The notes: a model not told the origin generated them from the letters alone. 64,000 nt of DNA from Candidatus Heimdallarchaeota archaeon (GCA_019056785.1 DXJV01000100.1:10796-74795), one strand, 5' to 3'. Counted from the first letter of the stretch, positions 50,470-60,490 are shown. Program-made: numbers and translations.

Positions 50470-50784
50470 CTACTTCTTCCTTTTTATAAACACTTTTGCA
50501 GCTAGCCCTCTCCCTAATGCCAATTTCGAGCCTTTCACTGTTATCATGACCGGTCCGTATTGAATCTTATTAACCAATTTTATTTCAGTTCCCGGGATGA
50601 TCCCCAGTTCATTTAGCCGCTTGCATGCTCCCCTTCCGCCCTCAATTCGCAATACAATTCCTTTCTGCCCTGTTTTCAATGTGAGCAAGGATATGGCCTC
50701 TGCCTCTTCTCCGGGCATGTTCGGTATGGCACAATACCGTTCTCTTTTTTTAATTTTTAAATCTGCCATTTTCTTGCGCACCAT
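50470..50784 (-). CDS. feoA: Ferrous iron transport protein A (start probably 50784 or 50769)
   Basis: RLNELGIIPGTEI, GPV, LALGRGLAAKV. Confidence 0.88.
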   Translation of the reverse strand: MVRKKMADLKIKKRERYCAIPNMPGEEAEAISLLTLKTGQKGIVLRIEGGRGACKRLNELGIIPGTEIKLVNKIQYGPVMITVKGSKLALGRGLAAKVFIKRKK

Positions 50785-50798
50785 TAAAGTCCAGTTAG

Positions 50799-50823
50799 AG
50801 TTAGGATTGCCGAACTTTATAAA
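50799..50823 (-). promoter_or_regulatory. DtxR/IdeR-type operator plus TATA box of feoA
   Basis: AGTTAGGATTGCCGAACT imperfect palindrome adjacent to TTTATAAA (50816-50823). Confidence 0.6.
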
Positions 50824-50856
50824 CTTTCGCATATCCTATCTAAGAGTGAAAGAAAA

Positions 50857-52158
50857 TTATTTCTTAGTTTTTGCGTGTAAGAGCATTAACGTTCGCGCGG
50901 TGAGATCACTGATGATTTCATTATAGTTAGCAAAGGCTTCTAGTGGGGTATCATAATGGGAAAAATAGGAATGCACCTCGCCTGGGCCGGCATCTGCCTG
51001 GGAGATATAGTAGAGATGGTCGGAGGTGGTGAGCATCCGCCAAATTCGCAGGAGTGTCGGATTATTTAATTCCTTAATGGGGGCTTCGAGGAATTTCTGA
51101 TCATCAAATGAGATGTGTTGTAATGGATTTTTAAGCCAGGCCCCCAGGTCACGATCGTCTGCCCAGCTGATTGTCGAAAAGTCGTCGATTGCTATCTTTC
51201 CTTTTGGCGAGTATTTTTCTGCCACTTCACCGGGCGTGAGGAACTCCAGATGTTCATACGTGAATACTTCACGAGGGAGATGTTTTAGGAACTCGAAAAT
51301 CCCACTTTCAGCCCAGAGGTGTTCTCCCAGTGACTCATAGTCCATGAAAATATTGATGCAATCGCCAGGAGAGTTTGCCAACCAAGAGGCATATTTGTCT
51401 GCATAGAGAGGGTATTCTTCCCAGCGCCCGGAGCCAAATCGAAATGCAATATCATCACTTAGCTGGTAGTTTCGCAAGAGTACCTTGAGGTTAGGGGCTA
51501 TTACACTTTCAAACACGTAGTTTGGTGATTGATTGTTGGCTGGCAGAATATGTTCTATTCCTTCTCCAAGTATCGTCTTAAACCCCAAGGCAGCCACTTC
51601 CTTCATTATGGCATTATTTAAAATAAGTTCAGTATTTCGAAATGTTGTTGGTTTCCAGTGGAAGAGTTCTTGCATGATTTCGGAGTGTTGTTTCACCTGC
51701 TCGCGGAATTCCGTTTTGGTAGTGCCGTAAATTGCTGTTAAGGAATGATAATAGGTTTCCCCTAAAAATTCAACGCAACCGGTTTGTGCCAATTGTTTAA
51801 AGCTATCCACAACATCCGGTGCATAGCGCTCAGCTTGTTCCAGCATTGTCCCCGTTAGACTGAAAGCAATTTTTACTTGCCGAGCATCGTTCCTAAATTC
51901 ATCAATGGCTTTCAACCAGACATCATTTGCCGGGAGGTAACATTTCTTTGCCACCCGTTGGAAAACATCTTTATTAAGTTCTTCATTGAAATATAATGCC
52001 TCGAGCTTCTCGATAGATTGCTCTTTGAAAAATCGGTCCCGACGGAAATTCTGGTTTAAACGATAGGGTTGATGAACCTGGAAATAGAACACAATCGATG
52101 TCAAACGAATCACCAAGATAGTCACTTTTCCTCGGGATATTAAAGTTATCTTTTGCAT
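50857..52158 (-). CDS. Glycoside hydrolase family 57 (alpha-amylase-like)
   Basis: FQVHQPYR, ETYYHS, FRNTEL, LSDDIAFRF, MDYE, SWAD, TSDHLYY. Confidence 0.92.
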   Translation of the reverse strand: MQKITLISRGKVTILVIRLTSIVFYFQVHQPYRLNQNFRRDRFFKEQSIEKLEALYFNEELNKDVFQRVAKKCYLPANDVWLKAIDEFRNDARQVKIAFSLTGTMLEQAERYAPDVVDSFKQLAQTGCVEFLGETYYHSLTAIYGTTKTEFREQVKQHSEIMQELFHWKPTTFRNTELILNNAIMKEVAALGFKTILGEGIEHILPANNQSPNYVFESVIAPNLKVLLRNYQLSDDIAFRFGSGRWEEYPLYADKYASWLANSPGDCINIFMDYESLGEHLWAESGIFEFLKHLPREVFTYEHLEFLTPGEVAEKYSPKGKIAIDDFSTISWADDRDLGAWLKNPLQHISFDDQKFLEAPIKELNNPTLLRIWRMLTTSDHLYYISQADAGPGEVHSYFSHYDTPLEAFANYNEIISDLTARTLMLLHAKTKK

Positions 52159-52232
52159 GGGAGTGGGAAAGAAAGGAGAAAATGAAAAAAAAAGAGGGAC
52201 ATGTTGAAAAAAACCATTTGTCTGCTGTGGCT

Positions 52233-54506
52233 CTAAAGTGAAGAGGAAATAATACCAATAAGGACGACGAAATCTTTTATAGGTAATTCATCAGCTTTCT
52301 GCCCCTGAGAAATTTTTGAGTGTTGAGTCTTGCAAAAACTTGCAAAATTAAAGAGATCAGTCGCCAGTTGTTGCACCTCACCTTTCAGGGTATCAAGGAC
52401 GGTTGCAAAATTCTTCGCAGACTTCTTGGCAAATTTCTCAGCCTGAGCATATAATTTCTGTGCTCGACTACGATCTCTAATTTGTGCATATTCCTGGGCT
52501 TTAATAATCGCTTGACAAGACTGGAAGAAGAGCATCGCAGCGGTAGTATGGATGTGCTTCTTATTAATATATTCCCAATCGACAATGTCCTCTGAGAGGA
52601 CTTGGTATTTGTTTTTATGGTCTAAAATTGCTTTATAATGGGACGCCAATCGCTGCCAGATGGTAATAAGAGAGTCGAAGAGAGCGCCATGGCTTTCAAT
52701 AATCAGAGAGGAGATTTCAGCGGGAATCTGCTTGAGGTCCAGAGAAGAAAGAACATCGGGTAAGCTCCGGAGTAAATAGCGCGCAAAGAAGTATTGATTC
52801 CCTGTATGAAGAATGTTTGCCTCTTTAAGATGGCTTTGGATGAACGTTTTGCTGAATTCTTCTTTTACAAAGAATTTCAGCTCATCCAACACCTTTCCTG
52901 TAGGGAGATTCTCATAAGCCTCTTTTGCACTTAAGAAGCTCTTCACAAGTAAGCAGAGACCTTTTGTAGCGTTTTTCTCCCGCAAGCCTTTTAACCGGGT
53001 GGCTTCGCATGTGATGATATTCAATAATACCCTGCTCTTAGAGATAAGCATTGTACGGTCATCAATGAAAGGAGGCATAAGTAAAATGGACATCAAAATA
53101 TCCTGGATCTTTTCAGTTTCTGTCTCACAAAAAGCATTTTTAATTGTAAGGTCCTGTTCATCGTCTTGCCAGGGCAAATTAAGGAACGCACGAGCAATGT
53201 TATCCACCCGTCCTTTGAAGATGACCCCAAGGCGCCGGAACCCTTTTTGAATTTCTTTACGAATCCGCTCGGCAGTTAATTTCTCATGTTTGCTTAAGGT
53301 AGTAAGGTTCTCAAGGATAAAGCCCACGGTGTTCAAAAACTCGGATTGATTATAAAATTCGATGTTAGTAAGGGGCGCTTCAGAAAGACTGGTAAGACTT
53401 TTGATCTTCGCCCGCAGCTCTTTCTGGGGGAGGTCAGTGGAAGACAATTCAAGAATTGAGCAGGTAAGAGCGACCAGAGTGGAAAAAATCTCGGTAAAGT
53501 CAATATTAGTTCGAATTTCTTCTACCAGAGCTTGGGAGGAGCTGGATTCCAGAGGAACCTCATTTAATTCTGCAAGGCTTTCATTAAAAGCTTTATTGGC
53601 CTGATTAAATAGCTTATAAGCCCTTTGATGATTGTTGTGTAAGAGAGCATTGATTGCCAGCTCCAGAAAATGGGAGCCTGTGGCGAGTTTTGCCTGCCCA
53701 CGGCAAAGAGCAATTTCAAAATCGATAGTCAGGAAGAGGCTTGGGTCGACGGGGTTTTTTTCCAGAGCAGCTTTTGCCTCGGTGAAAAGTTTATCGGCTT
53801 TATTATAAATATAAAATTTGAGGAGGTTGTCATTCCACCAAAAGTCATCTTTGGCAATATCAAGCACACGCGAATAATAAATCATATAGAGTGTCCCTTT
53901 ATAGCGCAAGTTCTTGATCTTTCGCTCGAGCAACAACTCTTTGTGCTTTTCTTTTTTAGGTTTTTGGAATGATTGAAGACTACTATAAATATTCGACTCG
54001 AAATTCATCTTACCAATTGTAGTCATTATTTTAAGGAATTCCTCGTCAAAATGCAGTTCTTTTCCCAGGCTGAACAGGATGATTTCAGACAAGTCGTGCA
54101 CTTGTGCAGAATACTCATCAATGACAGAGAGGTCCTTTGGTTCCTTAACAAGGCCTTCCAGAATGGTCTCATAATATAATAAAGAGAGAATGCGTGCAAA
54201 AAATTCTTGTAAGATAGATTGATCCCGGGAATGGACCACAACTTCAAACGCCTTTGGATTGTTTTTCAGTGCCTTGATGTTTTCACTCAAAGTCTCTTGA
54301 TATTCATAACGTTCCAAACGAGAAGTAGTAGCAATCTGATTTAACGAAGCAGCACACTCCTTAGCAAAGGGTGGCCAAATTTTACAATAATCATCAATCG
54401 TATCATAATCTGCACGGGAAAAAATCTCCTGTCGTAACGCATCATAATTGACCAGCCGATCAAACAATTGTTCTTTTAGAACATCAAAGAGCTCCACTTT
54501 TGACAT
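52233..54506 (-). CDS. Large all-alpha hypothetical protein (TPR/SNAP-like helices)
   Basis: 757-aa ORF with amphipathic helical pattern and no catalytic motif. Confidence 0.75.
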   Translation of the reverse strand: MSKVELFDVLKEQLFDRLVNYDALRQEIFSRADYDTIDDYCKIWPPFAKECAASLNQIATTSRLERYEYQETLSENIKALKNNPKAFEVVVHSRDQSILQEFFARILSLLYYETILEGLVKEPKDLSVIDEYSAQVHDLSEIILFSLGKELHFDEEFLKIMTTIGKMNFESNIYSSLQSFQKPKKEKHKELLLERKIKNLRYKGTLYMIYYSRVLDIAKDDFWWNDNLLKFYIYNKADKLFTEAKAALEKNPVDPSLFLTIDFEIALCRGQAKLATGSHFLELAINALLHNNHQRAYKLFNQANKAFNESLAELNEVPLESSSSQALVEEIRTNIDFTEIFSTLVALTCSILELSSTDLPQKELRAKIKSLTSLSEAPLTNIEFYNQSEFLNTVGFILENLTTLSKHEKLTAERIRKEIQKGFRRLGVIFKGRVDNIARAFLNLPWQDDEQDLTIKNAFCETETEKIQDILMSILLMPPFIDDRTMLISKSRVLLNIITCEATRLKGLREKNATKGLCLLVKSFLSAKEAYENLPTGKVLDELKFFVKEEFSKTFIQSHLKEANILHTGNQYFFARYLLRSLPDVLSSLDLKQIPAEISSLIIESHGALFDSLITIWQRLASHYKAILDHKNKYQVLSEDIVDWEYINKKHIHTTAAMLFFQSCQAIIKAQEYAQIRDRSRAQKLYAQAEKFAKKSAKNFATVLDTLKGEVQQLATDLFNFASFCKTQHSKISQGQKADELPIKDFVVLIGIISSSL

Positions 54507-54651
54507 GGTTATTACGCACCCATCGCACTAAACCCTATCTTCCAAAGGAAGGATACCAAATGGATAACTGATGCTTTATCCTTAAACTCTTAATGCTTTC
54601 CTTACATTAAACTGTTTTTCAATCGGCAAAGAAAAAAAGAGTGGAGGACGA

Positions 54652-55548
54652 TTATTTGGCCCCAAAATCGGCAATAAACGCCACGCCATGAGGTCCCGTA
54701 TGGGCAGAAATGGATGTTCTGCTGAGAACTTTGCGAAGGTCTAAGGGAGGGAGAATCTCATTGATCAGTTGCTCGAGCTCCGTTGCGAGCGGTTCGTTGC
54801 CGGTATGCACAATACAAGCTTTGCGTGGAAAGAGTTTGAGATTGTTCGTGGCATCATTGATCAGAGCAAACAACCCCTTCCGAGTATCCCTTACTGTTCC
54901 ATAAGGCTCATTTCGCCCTTCAGCATTAACTTTGACCAAAGCCATTTTCTTTAAGAATTTCCCGAGAAGGTACTTAGCAATACTAATCCGTCCGCCCAGA
55001 TGGAGATATTTTAAAGATTGGAGAAACAGGCGCGTTTGGACCCTGCTTACATACTCCTGTAAACGCGTGGCAATTTCGTTTGCCGGGAGACCCTGCTTTG
55101 CCAAATCGATTCCTTCTTCCAGGATGAAAACTTCAGAGTACGAGGCGTTTAGAGAATCGACAAGATAAACGGGAACATCTGGATGGGAGGATTTGATGAA
55201 ATTCGCTGCCAACCGAGCGCTGTTATAGGTGCCGCTCAATTGTGAACTTATCGTGACGACAACAATTGCGTTCTTTCCTTCTGCAATCAATGCCTCATAG
55301 GCTTTCACAAATTGTTGGGGAGACGGTTGCGCCGTTTTTGGGATAAACTTACGGTCTGAAACAAAGCGAGCATAATAGGCTTCGAGGTCAAATTGCTCGT
55401 CCTCCTTAAATGTCCGGTCATCAAAGGTGATATTAAGCGAAACAACTTGCACGCCCAATTCTTTCGCATACTCCCATGGAATATCGGATGCGCTATCAAT
55501 TACAAAACCAATCGTCATAACAATGTCTTCCTCAAAAAAGAAAAACAC
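54652..55548 (-). CDS. degV: DegV-family fatty-acid-binding protein
   Basis: DSASD, PKTAQPS, ISSQLSGTYNSA, YLHLGGRI, AHTGP. Confidence 0.92.
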   Translation of the reverse strand: MFFFFEEDIVMTIGFVIDSASDIPWEYAKELGVQVVSLNITFDDRTFKEDEQFDLEAYYARFVSDRKFIPKTAQPSPQQFVKAYEALIAEGKNAIVVVTISSQLSGTYNSARLAANFIKSSHPDVPVYLVDSLNASYSEVFILEEGIDLAKQGLPANEIATRLQEYVSRVQTRLFLQSLKYLHLGGRISIAKYLLGKFLKKMALVKVNAEGRNEPYGTVRDTRKGLFALINDATNNLKLFPRKACIVHTGNEPLATELEQLINEILPPLDLRKVLSRTSISAHTGPHGVAFIADFGAK

Positions 55549-55580
55549 GTGCAGTAATAAAGGTTTTTTGGAGGAGAAGA

Positions 55581-55775
55581 CTAGCGATTTGCTTGGACGA
55601 TTTTTCGCTCAGAGACAACCAAAACTTCACCACAGACGGAGCACCTGAATAGAACTCGAGGATGGACGTACTTGCCAACCTTTAATGACACAAGTTTCCC
55701 GCAATAGGGACAGAACCGCAGTTTTTGCAGCTCTTCAGCAACTATTCGTTGATATTCAAGGGACAGACTCTTCAC
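55581..55775 (-). CDS. Small zinc-ribbon protein
   Basis: FCPYCG..FRCSVCG. Confidence 0.7.
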   Translation of the reverse strand: MKSLSLEYQRIVAEELQKLRFCPYCGKLVSLKVGKYVHPRVLFRCSVCGEVLVVSERKIVQANR

Positions 55776-55933
55776 CCTTCAGGAGTATGAAAGAACTACC
55801 TACAAACACCTTAAGTATAGAATAAAAAAAGCAACTCGAGGGTGGGGGAGAGACAAGAAAGTATTCAGAGTGAAAAGAAATGGAGCAAAGAATAAAAAAT
55901 CAATAGAGAACAGAAACAGAAGGGGAGAAAGAA

Positions 55934-56010
55934 TGGCAGGCGTGAGGGGATTTGAACCCCTGGCCACTTAGTTAAAAGCCAAGTGCTCTACCTAGCTGAG
56001 CTACACGCCT
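55934..56010 (-). tRNA. tRNA-Lys(UUU), intronless, CCA encoded
   Basis: AGGCGTG/CACGCCT acceptor stem, CTTGG-CT-TTT-AA-CTAAG anticodon arm, AGGGG-TTCAAAT-CCCCT T-arm. Confidence 0.96.
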
Positions 56011-56164
56011 TTGTTTTTATTGGCTCTTTTTTGCTTGCTTTTCCTTTTTAAATTTGCTGTTTTGTTTATTTTCTCGCCACCGTTTAAAAGGCCTCTACAG
56101 AATTTTTTTTAATTTAAAAAAGAATGAAGATACACGGTTCAAATGAGGAGTTGAATAAAAAAAA

Positions 56165-57874
56165 ATGAATGAAGCTGAAGAACGAGAAATAATGTTATTG
56201 TTAACACAATTGAAGGAAGCAGAAAATATCGACATCCGTGCCGGTGCAGCTGAACAACTGGGACGAAAAACGCTTTTACTCGACAAGATCGTGCCTGCTT
56301 TGAAGGAGGCTTTGAATGATGAAAATTGGCTCGTACGGGTAAAGGTTGCTCAAGCGCTTGGTATGCTCGGGAAAGTTGCCCTTCCAGCCTTAGAAGCCCT
56401 GCGAGAGGCGATGAAAGAACCACGGAATAAAGCAAAACGCGGAGCATTTTATGAAGTTGTTCAAAAACTTGAGAACTTACAGATAACATTAGAAGAAGTT
56501 GGTGAAGTAGAACAACAACCAAGTACAGTAGTTAAAGAGGAAGCAGCACCCAGCCAGCCAATTAAACCCGCCGAGGAAGAAAAAGGCGAAGAGGAAGAAA
56601 AGGCACAGGAACAAAAAGAGGAACTGGAAAAACCGGAACCGACGCCAGCAGAGGTTGAAAAAGTAGCCGAAGAAAAAGTGTCGCCACCATCTGAAGTAAC
56701 AGCACCGGTACAGGAGAAGCCGCCTGAGGAGCCACCAACAGAAGAAACTGCAAAAGAAGAAGAAGCCGAGCCGGCAAAAAGCGAGGACGAAGCAGAGGTG
56801 ATTGAAGAGGCAGTAGAAGATGCTGTCGAAGATGCAATAGAAGATGCCATTGAGGAAGTAACTGACCAACCTGTTGAAGAAGATGTTGTTGAGAAGGTAG
56901 CGGAAGAAATCGCAGAGGAAGTAGTGGAGATCCAGGAACCGTCTGTGGAAGAGCAACAACCAGAACAACTTGAACCAGAAGAAAAAGGCGAAGAGGAAGA
57001 GAAACAAGCGCCTCCAAAAGAAGCAGAGAAAAAAGAGGAGGAGAAAACAACAATTGAAAAGGAACAACCGGAAATAGAACCAACTGAAACCAAAGAAGGA
57101 GCCACTACACCGACAGAAACAGCAAAAACAACAACAACAATTCAAGAGGAAATGATAAGCGAAAAACAGCCGGTTATTAAGACAGTTGAAGAAAAAGCAC
57201 TCGAGGAGATAAAGGAACCAGTGCCATTGGATGAAGTGCTGGAGTTCGAAGATGAGACGAAAACAGACGACGAGAAAAAAAAAACGATTTTGACTCTTCC
57301 GGAGGAACTGCCTGAACAAGAACTACCTGCAAAGAAATACGAACAAATTATTGTGAAAGTTATTCTTCTTGGCGATAAAGCGGTTGGAAAGAGCAGCTTA
57401 CGAACAAAGTACTGTGACAAACAACGCAAGGACGAATTTCGAGAAACTCTCGGAGCAGATTTTGTATCCAAACACCTCGAGAAGGAAGGGAAACACTATG
57501 CAATTCAGGTATGGGACCTCGCCCCTGGGCGAAAAATCGACGACCTCCGAGAAACATTTTACAAAGGAACAAAGGGGGCAGTTCTTGTCTTTGATGTTAC
57601 CGACCGGGCCACCTTAACAAACTGTAAGAACTGGCTGAAGGAGGTAAAAGAGCAAGAGCCAGAAAGCAGCTTCATTCTTGTTGGAAATAAAATAGACAAA
57701 CGTATTGCTGGTGAAGAGGGGCAAGTAACAACTGAGGAAGGCAATGCATTTGCACAAGAACTCTCGCTCGAAGCGGGGAGAACCGTCCCTTATGTGGAAG
57801 TTTCGGCAAGTACAGGAGAACAAGTCGAACACGCTTTTGAGCTGCTTCTAAGCCAGATACTTGAGACAAATTAA
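56165..57874 (+). CDS. HEAT-repeat / acidic linker / Rab-like GTPase fusion
   Basis: VPALKEALNDENWLVR HEAT; E/P/K-rich linker; GDKAVGKS, TLGADF, WDLAPG, FYKG, GNKID, VSAS. Confidence 0.88.
   Translation: MNEAEEREIMLLLTQLKEAENIDIRAGAAEQLGRKTLLLDKIVPALKEALNDENWLVRVKVAQALGMLGKVALPALEALREAMKEPRNKAKRGAFYEVVQKLENLQITLEEVGEVEQQPSTVVKEEAAPSQPIKPAEEEKGEEEEKAQEQKEELEKPEPTPAEVEKVAEEKVSPPSEVTAPVQEKPPEEPPTEETAKEEEAEPAKSEDEAEVIEEAVEDAVEDAIEDAIEEVTDQPVEEDVVEKVAEEIAEEVVEIQEPSVEEQQPEQLEPEEKGEEEEKQAPPKEAEKKEEEKTTIEKEQPEIEPTETKEGATTPTETAKTTTTIQEEMISEKQPVIKTVEEKALEEIKEPVPLDEVLEFEDETKTDDEKKKTILTLPEELPEQELPAKKYEQIIVKVILLGDKAVGKSSLRTKYCDKQRKDEFRETLGADFVSKHLEKEGKHYAIQVWDLAPGRKIDDLRETFYKGTKGAVLVFDVTDRATLTNCKNWLKEVKEQEPESSFILVGNKIDKRIAGEEGQVTTEEGNAFAQELSLEAGRTVPYVEVSASTGEQVEHAFELLLSQILETN
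56576..57000 (+). repeat. Intragenic repeats in the acidic linker
   Basis: 23-nt gaagaaaaaggcgaagaggaaga at 56576-56598 and 56978-57000; tandem (V/I)EDA units near 56810-56858. Confidence 0.8.
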
Positions 57875-58050
57875 AACTCCTGTTTCCTTTTTTCTTTTTT
57901 TGGGTCGTCCCCCTTTTTTCCCCCTCGAGGTGCACTTTCACCAACTCACTCACAATTTGAGACTTCGTAAAGAGTCCCTTACATGTGAATCGTCTTTTTA
58001 TAAGGAGAAACTTTACTAGGAATTAAGCAAAAACATCGGAGGAGGAAAAA

Positions 58051-58137
58051 ATGATAGCGAAAAGAGAAAAACCACCACCAAAGAAAATACTTCGCAAAGA
58101 GCAAGAAAAGATCCGATTCAACTTTGTGCTCCACTAA
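58051..58137 (+). CDS. 28-aa basic microprotein (not in ORF track)
   Basis: SD GGAGG; MIAKREKPPPKKILRKEQEKIRFNFVLH; paralogous to the next ORF. Confidence 0.65.
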   Translation: MIAKREKPPPKKILRKEQEKIRFNFVLH

Positions 58138-58215
58138 GGTATGAACTAAACGGTCAGAAAGAACCACCGAGAAAATAAGAAGTGACCAGCCAATAAGAAA
58201 CTGAGGTGAAAAAAA

Positions 58216-58317
58216 ATGATAATGAAACGACTCATCAAACAGAATCGACTCAAAAAGCAGCTCAAAAAGGATAGAGCTAATACCAGAATGCGCTTTGCCC
58301 TCCACACCGGCTCTTAG
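58216..58317 (+). CDS. 33-aa basic microprotein (not in ORF track)
   Basis: SD GAGGTG; MIMKRLIKQNRLKKQLKKDRANTRMRFALHTGS. Confidence 0.65.
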   Translation: MIMKRLIKQNRLKKQLKKDRANTRMRFALHTGS

Positions 58318-58327
58318 GGGAAAGTTG

Positions 58328-58357
58328 TTGGCAGGAGCCTGTATTTGCTCCTGCCAA
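58328..58357. terminator. 11-bp perfect hairpin after the microprotein pair
   Basis: TTGGCAGGAGC-8 nt-GCTCCTGCCAA. Confidence 0.6.
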
Positions 58358-58438
58358 AGAATATTCTAATGGGAACACAGTTGTTACCAAACGATCGCAC
58401 GCCGGTTTTTTTTTCGATCACTAACCGAAGAACGCCCA

Positions 58439-58933
58439 TTAAGGAAGTTTGTAACCCAACTCTTCACATAATGCTCGGCGTTCCGCTTTTTGTTTTGCCG
58501 TCTCGAGTTTCGTTACGGCTGTGCCATCAACTACACCAAGAACGGCTTTTCCAAGGGCAGTTTCTCCCACCAGGACTTCAAGCGGATTTGCTGAAGCAAC
58601 ATAAATGTTACAGACCGCGGGGTGCGCTTTAATATGGGGGAGTACGTTTATCGGGAAGGCTTTTTCCATCATGATCACAAACACATGACTCGCCCCTATA
58701 GCGAGGGCATTTTCTGCTGCCAACTGCTCGAGAGTAGGGTCGTTGCTTGTCACACGGGTCAATTGCGGCACGGCTTCATTCATTGCAACGGCACAGTTTA
58801 TTCCCGGCACGGCCGTTAACAAGGTCATAAAGAGGTTGTCAGTCGTGAAAATTGAGAAATTTCCCTGACCAATGATAACCTGGTATTTTGTCTCCGGGTT
58901 CGAAATCTTCACAACACTTAATTTCACATCCAT
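58439..58933 (-). CDS. Adenosine-specific kinase family (DUF355)
   Basis: VIIGQGNF, AMNEA, IGASHVF, FPINVL, ASANP, LGVVDG. Confidence 0.85.
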   Translation of the reverse strand: MDVKLSVVKISNPETKYQVIIGQGNFSIFTTDNLFMTLLTAVPGINCAVAMNEAVPQLTRVTSNDPTLEQLAAENALAIGASHVFVIMMEKAFPINVLPHIKAHPAVCNIYVASANPLEVLVGETALGKAVLGVVDGTAVTKLETAKQKAERRALCEELGYKLP

Positions 58934-59116
58934 AAAAGATTCCTCCGGATTCTACAGTTAGCTTTCTCATTAATAAAGACTTTTTATTGCGAGCAAAGAT
59001 TAGTAATTGCTCCCACTTGGAAACGACAGAAGAAATTCGGAAAGAAAGACTTGTTTGTAATAGGTATTTAAGAGAAGACAGTGCTAGTAATATTAAAAGA
59101 GGATGGAGGCTGAGTA

Positions 59117-59629
59117 ATGAGCACGGAACTACCCAAACAAGAATATCTCGCCCTTCCTCTGGATTTCTGTTACTTCGACCGGACAAGATATGACAAGCTG
59201 AAAAAAGTGCTTCCGACAGAAATTCTTAGCTTCAGAAAGTTGGAAGGGGGGTTTTTGCGGGTCCATTTTACAACGCGAGAAGAAAGCGCCTCAGAAGCGC
59301 GCAGGCCACGTGGTCCAGCAGGGGAAAGCAACAAGATGTCTAAGAGTGACAGCGGCGGTGAGAAGGAACGCACCCATCTTCTCTGGATTCGTTTACTCGA
59401 GTTCAACGGGAAGAAATATGTGCAATATCGTTGTGACTGCAAGTATTTTGACTACCGCCAGCTGCGAGTGGCAAAACGACTCTTCGACAGGCAGGAGCTG
59501 GAAGGCGAGCAAGTAGTGGTCGTCCCGCCACAAGCGTTCGACCAACACCGCGCGATATTTAATCTTGACAAGCATGCGTTTGTTGCGCTTACCGAGCTGC
59601 TGCAAATTCAAATACCGGTCACTGTTTAA
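59117..59629 (+). CDS. Hypothetical protein with SWIM-like zinc finger
   Basis: YRCDC..F...LDKH (third Cys replaced by Asp). Confidence 0.65.
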   Translation: MSTELPKQEYLALPLDFCYFDRTRYDKLKKVLPTEILSFRKLEGGFLRVHFTTREESASEARRPRGPAGESNKMSKSDSGGEKERTHLLWIRLLEFNGKKYVQYRCDCKYFDYRQLRVAKRLFDRQELEGEQVVVVPPQAFDQHRAIFNLDKHAFVALTELLQIQIPVTV

Positions 59630-59738
59630 GCGAGAACAAAAGCACTGCACCGTTTTTGGCAGAAAAATAGCCCTATCGAAAGGATTTTTATTACCAAAGT
59701 ACTAAACACATTAGAAGGTCTGGAAGTGTTTGTGAAAG

Positions 59739-60485
59739 ATGAGCGACGACATTGAACTAGAAGTAAGAAAACTCCGCATCTTGACGGCTAATAACGTTCT
59801 GAACACCTACCCCTATCTCAAAGGCAAACTGCGAGGGGTCTATAAAGTATGCGTCACAGGGATCTCCGGCAGCGGGAAGACAACAATGATTCGCTGTTTC
59901 GACCCCGAGGCGCACGGGAGAGAAGTCCCGAGATATTTCTATGTCGATTATGAACTGTTGAAAGATAATCCAGATCTTTTCCCGGAGTCGAACACCGCCA
60001 CCCAGACGTTCGACTTTACGGTGGTGGCACTCCTCCTGAACGAGGAGAACAAGTCAGAAATCATCAAGCTAAACGACCTCACAGAGGAGTACTTGAGCGA
60101 GAAGCGCATTAAATGGGTGACGATTTTCTACCTGTTCGGCACCCCTGGACAATGGCGCTTCAAAGACATCAGGGCATTCGCCGAGCGGCGGTCCGACGGT
60201 GTGATCTTTATCATCGACCCCATCGACCCCAAACTGCGGGAGAATTTCGAAGAATTCCGTGAGCAGGTGATAAAAAACGTCGAACGAAAAGTCCCGATCA
60301 TTTACGCCGTGAACAAACAAGACCTGCCAAATGTCCACAGCTCGAAAGACCTGACAAAAGAACTCGCCATCAAAGAAAAAGACATCTTCGATATCTCCGC
60401 CCTCAAGTGTAAAGGCATCGCCAAACCCATTATCGCCCTCATCAAGAAAATGCAGGAAGAAGAACTGGGGAAAAAGAAAGACTAA
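59739..60485 (+). CDS. Small GTPase, MglA/ATP_bind_1-like
   Basis: GISGSGKT, TQTFDF, LFGTPGQWRF, NKQD, ISAL. Confidence 0.88.
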   Translation: MSDDIELEVRKLRILTANNVLNTYPYLKGKLRGVYKVCVTGISGSGKTTMIRCFDPEAHGREVPRYFYVDYELLKDNPDLFPESNTATQTFDFTVVALLLNEENKSEIIKLNDLTEEYLSEKRIKWVTIFYLFGTPGQWRFKDIRAFAERRSDGVIFIIDPIDPKLRENFEEFREQVIKNVERKVPIIYAVNKQDLPNVHSSKDLTKELAIKEKDIFDISALKCKGIAKPIIALIKKMQEEELGKKKD

Positions 60486-60490
60486 ACGTA

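Noticed and set aside
55934-56010. tRNA-Lys as an integration site
   Set aside because: No duplicated 3' end or integrase found nearby
56139-57471. Long Ser/Phe/Leu-rich antisense ORFs
   Set aside because: Shadows of the GAA-rich linker on the plus strand
57979-58305. 108-aa hydrophobic minus-strand ORF
   Set aside because: Antisense shadow of the A-rich microprotein pair, which has the SD sequences and paralogy
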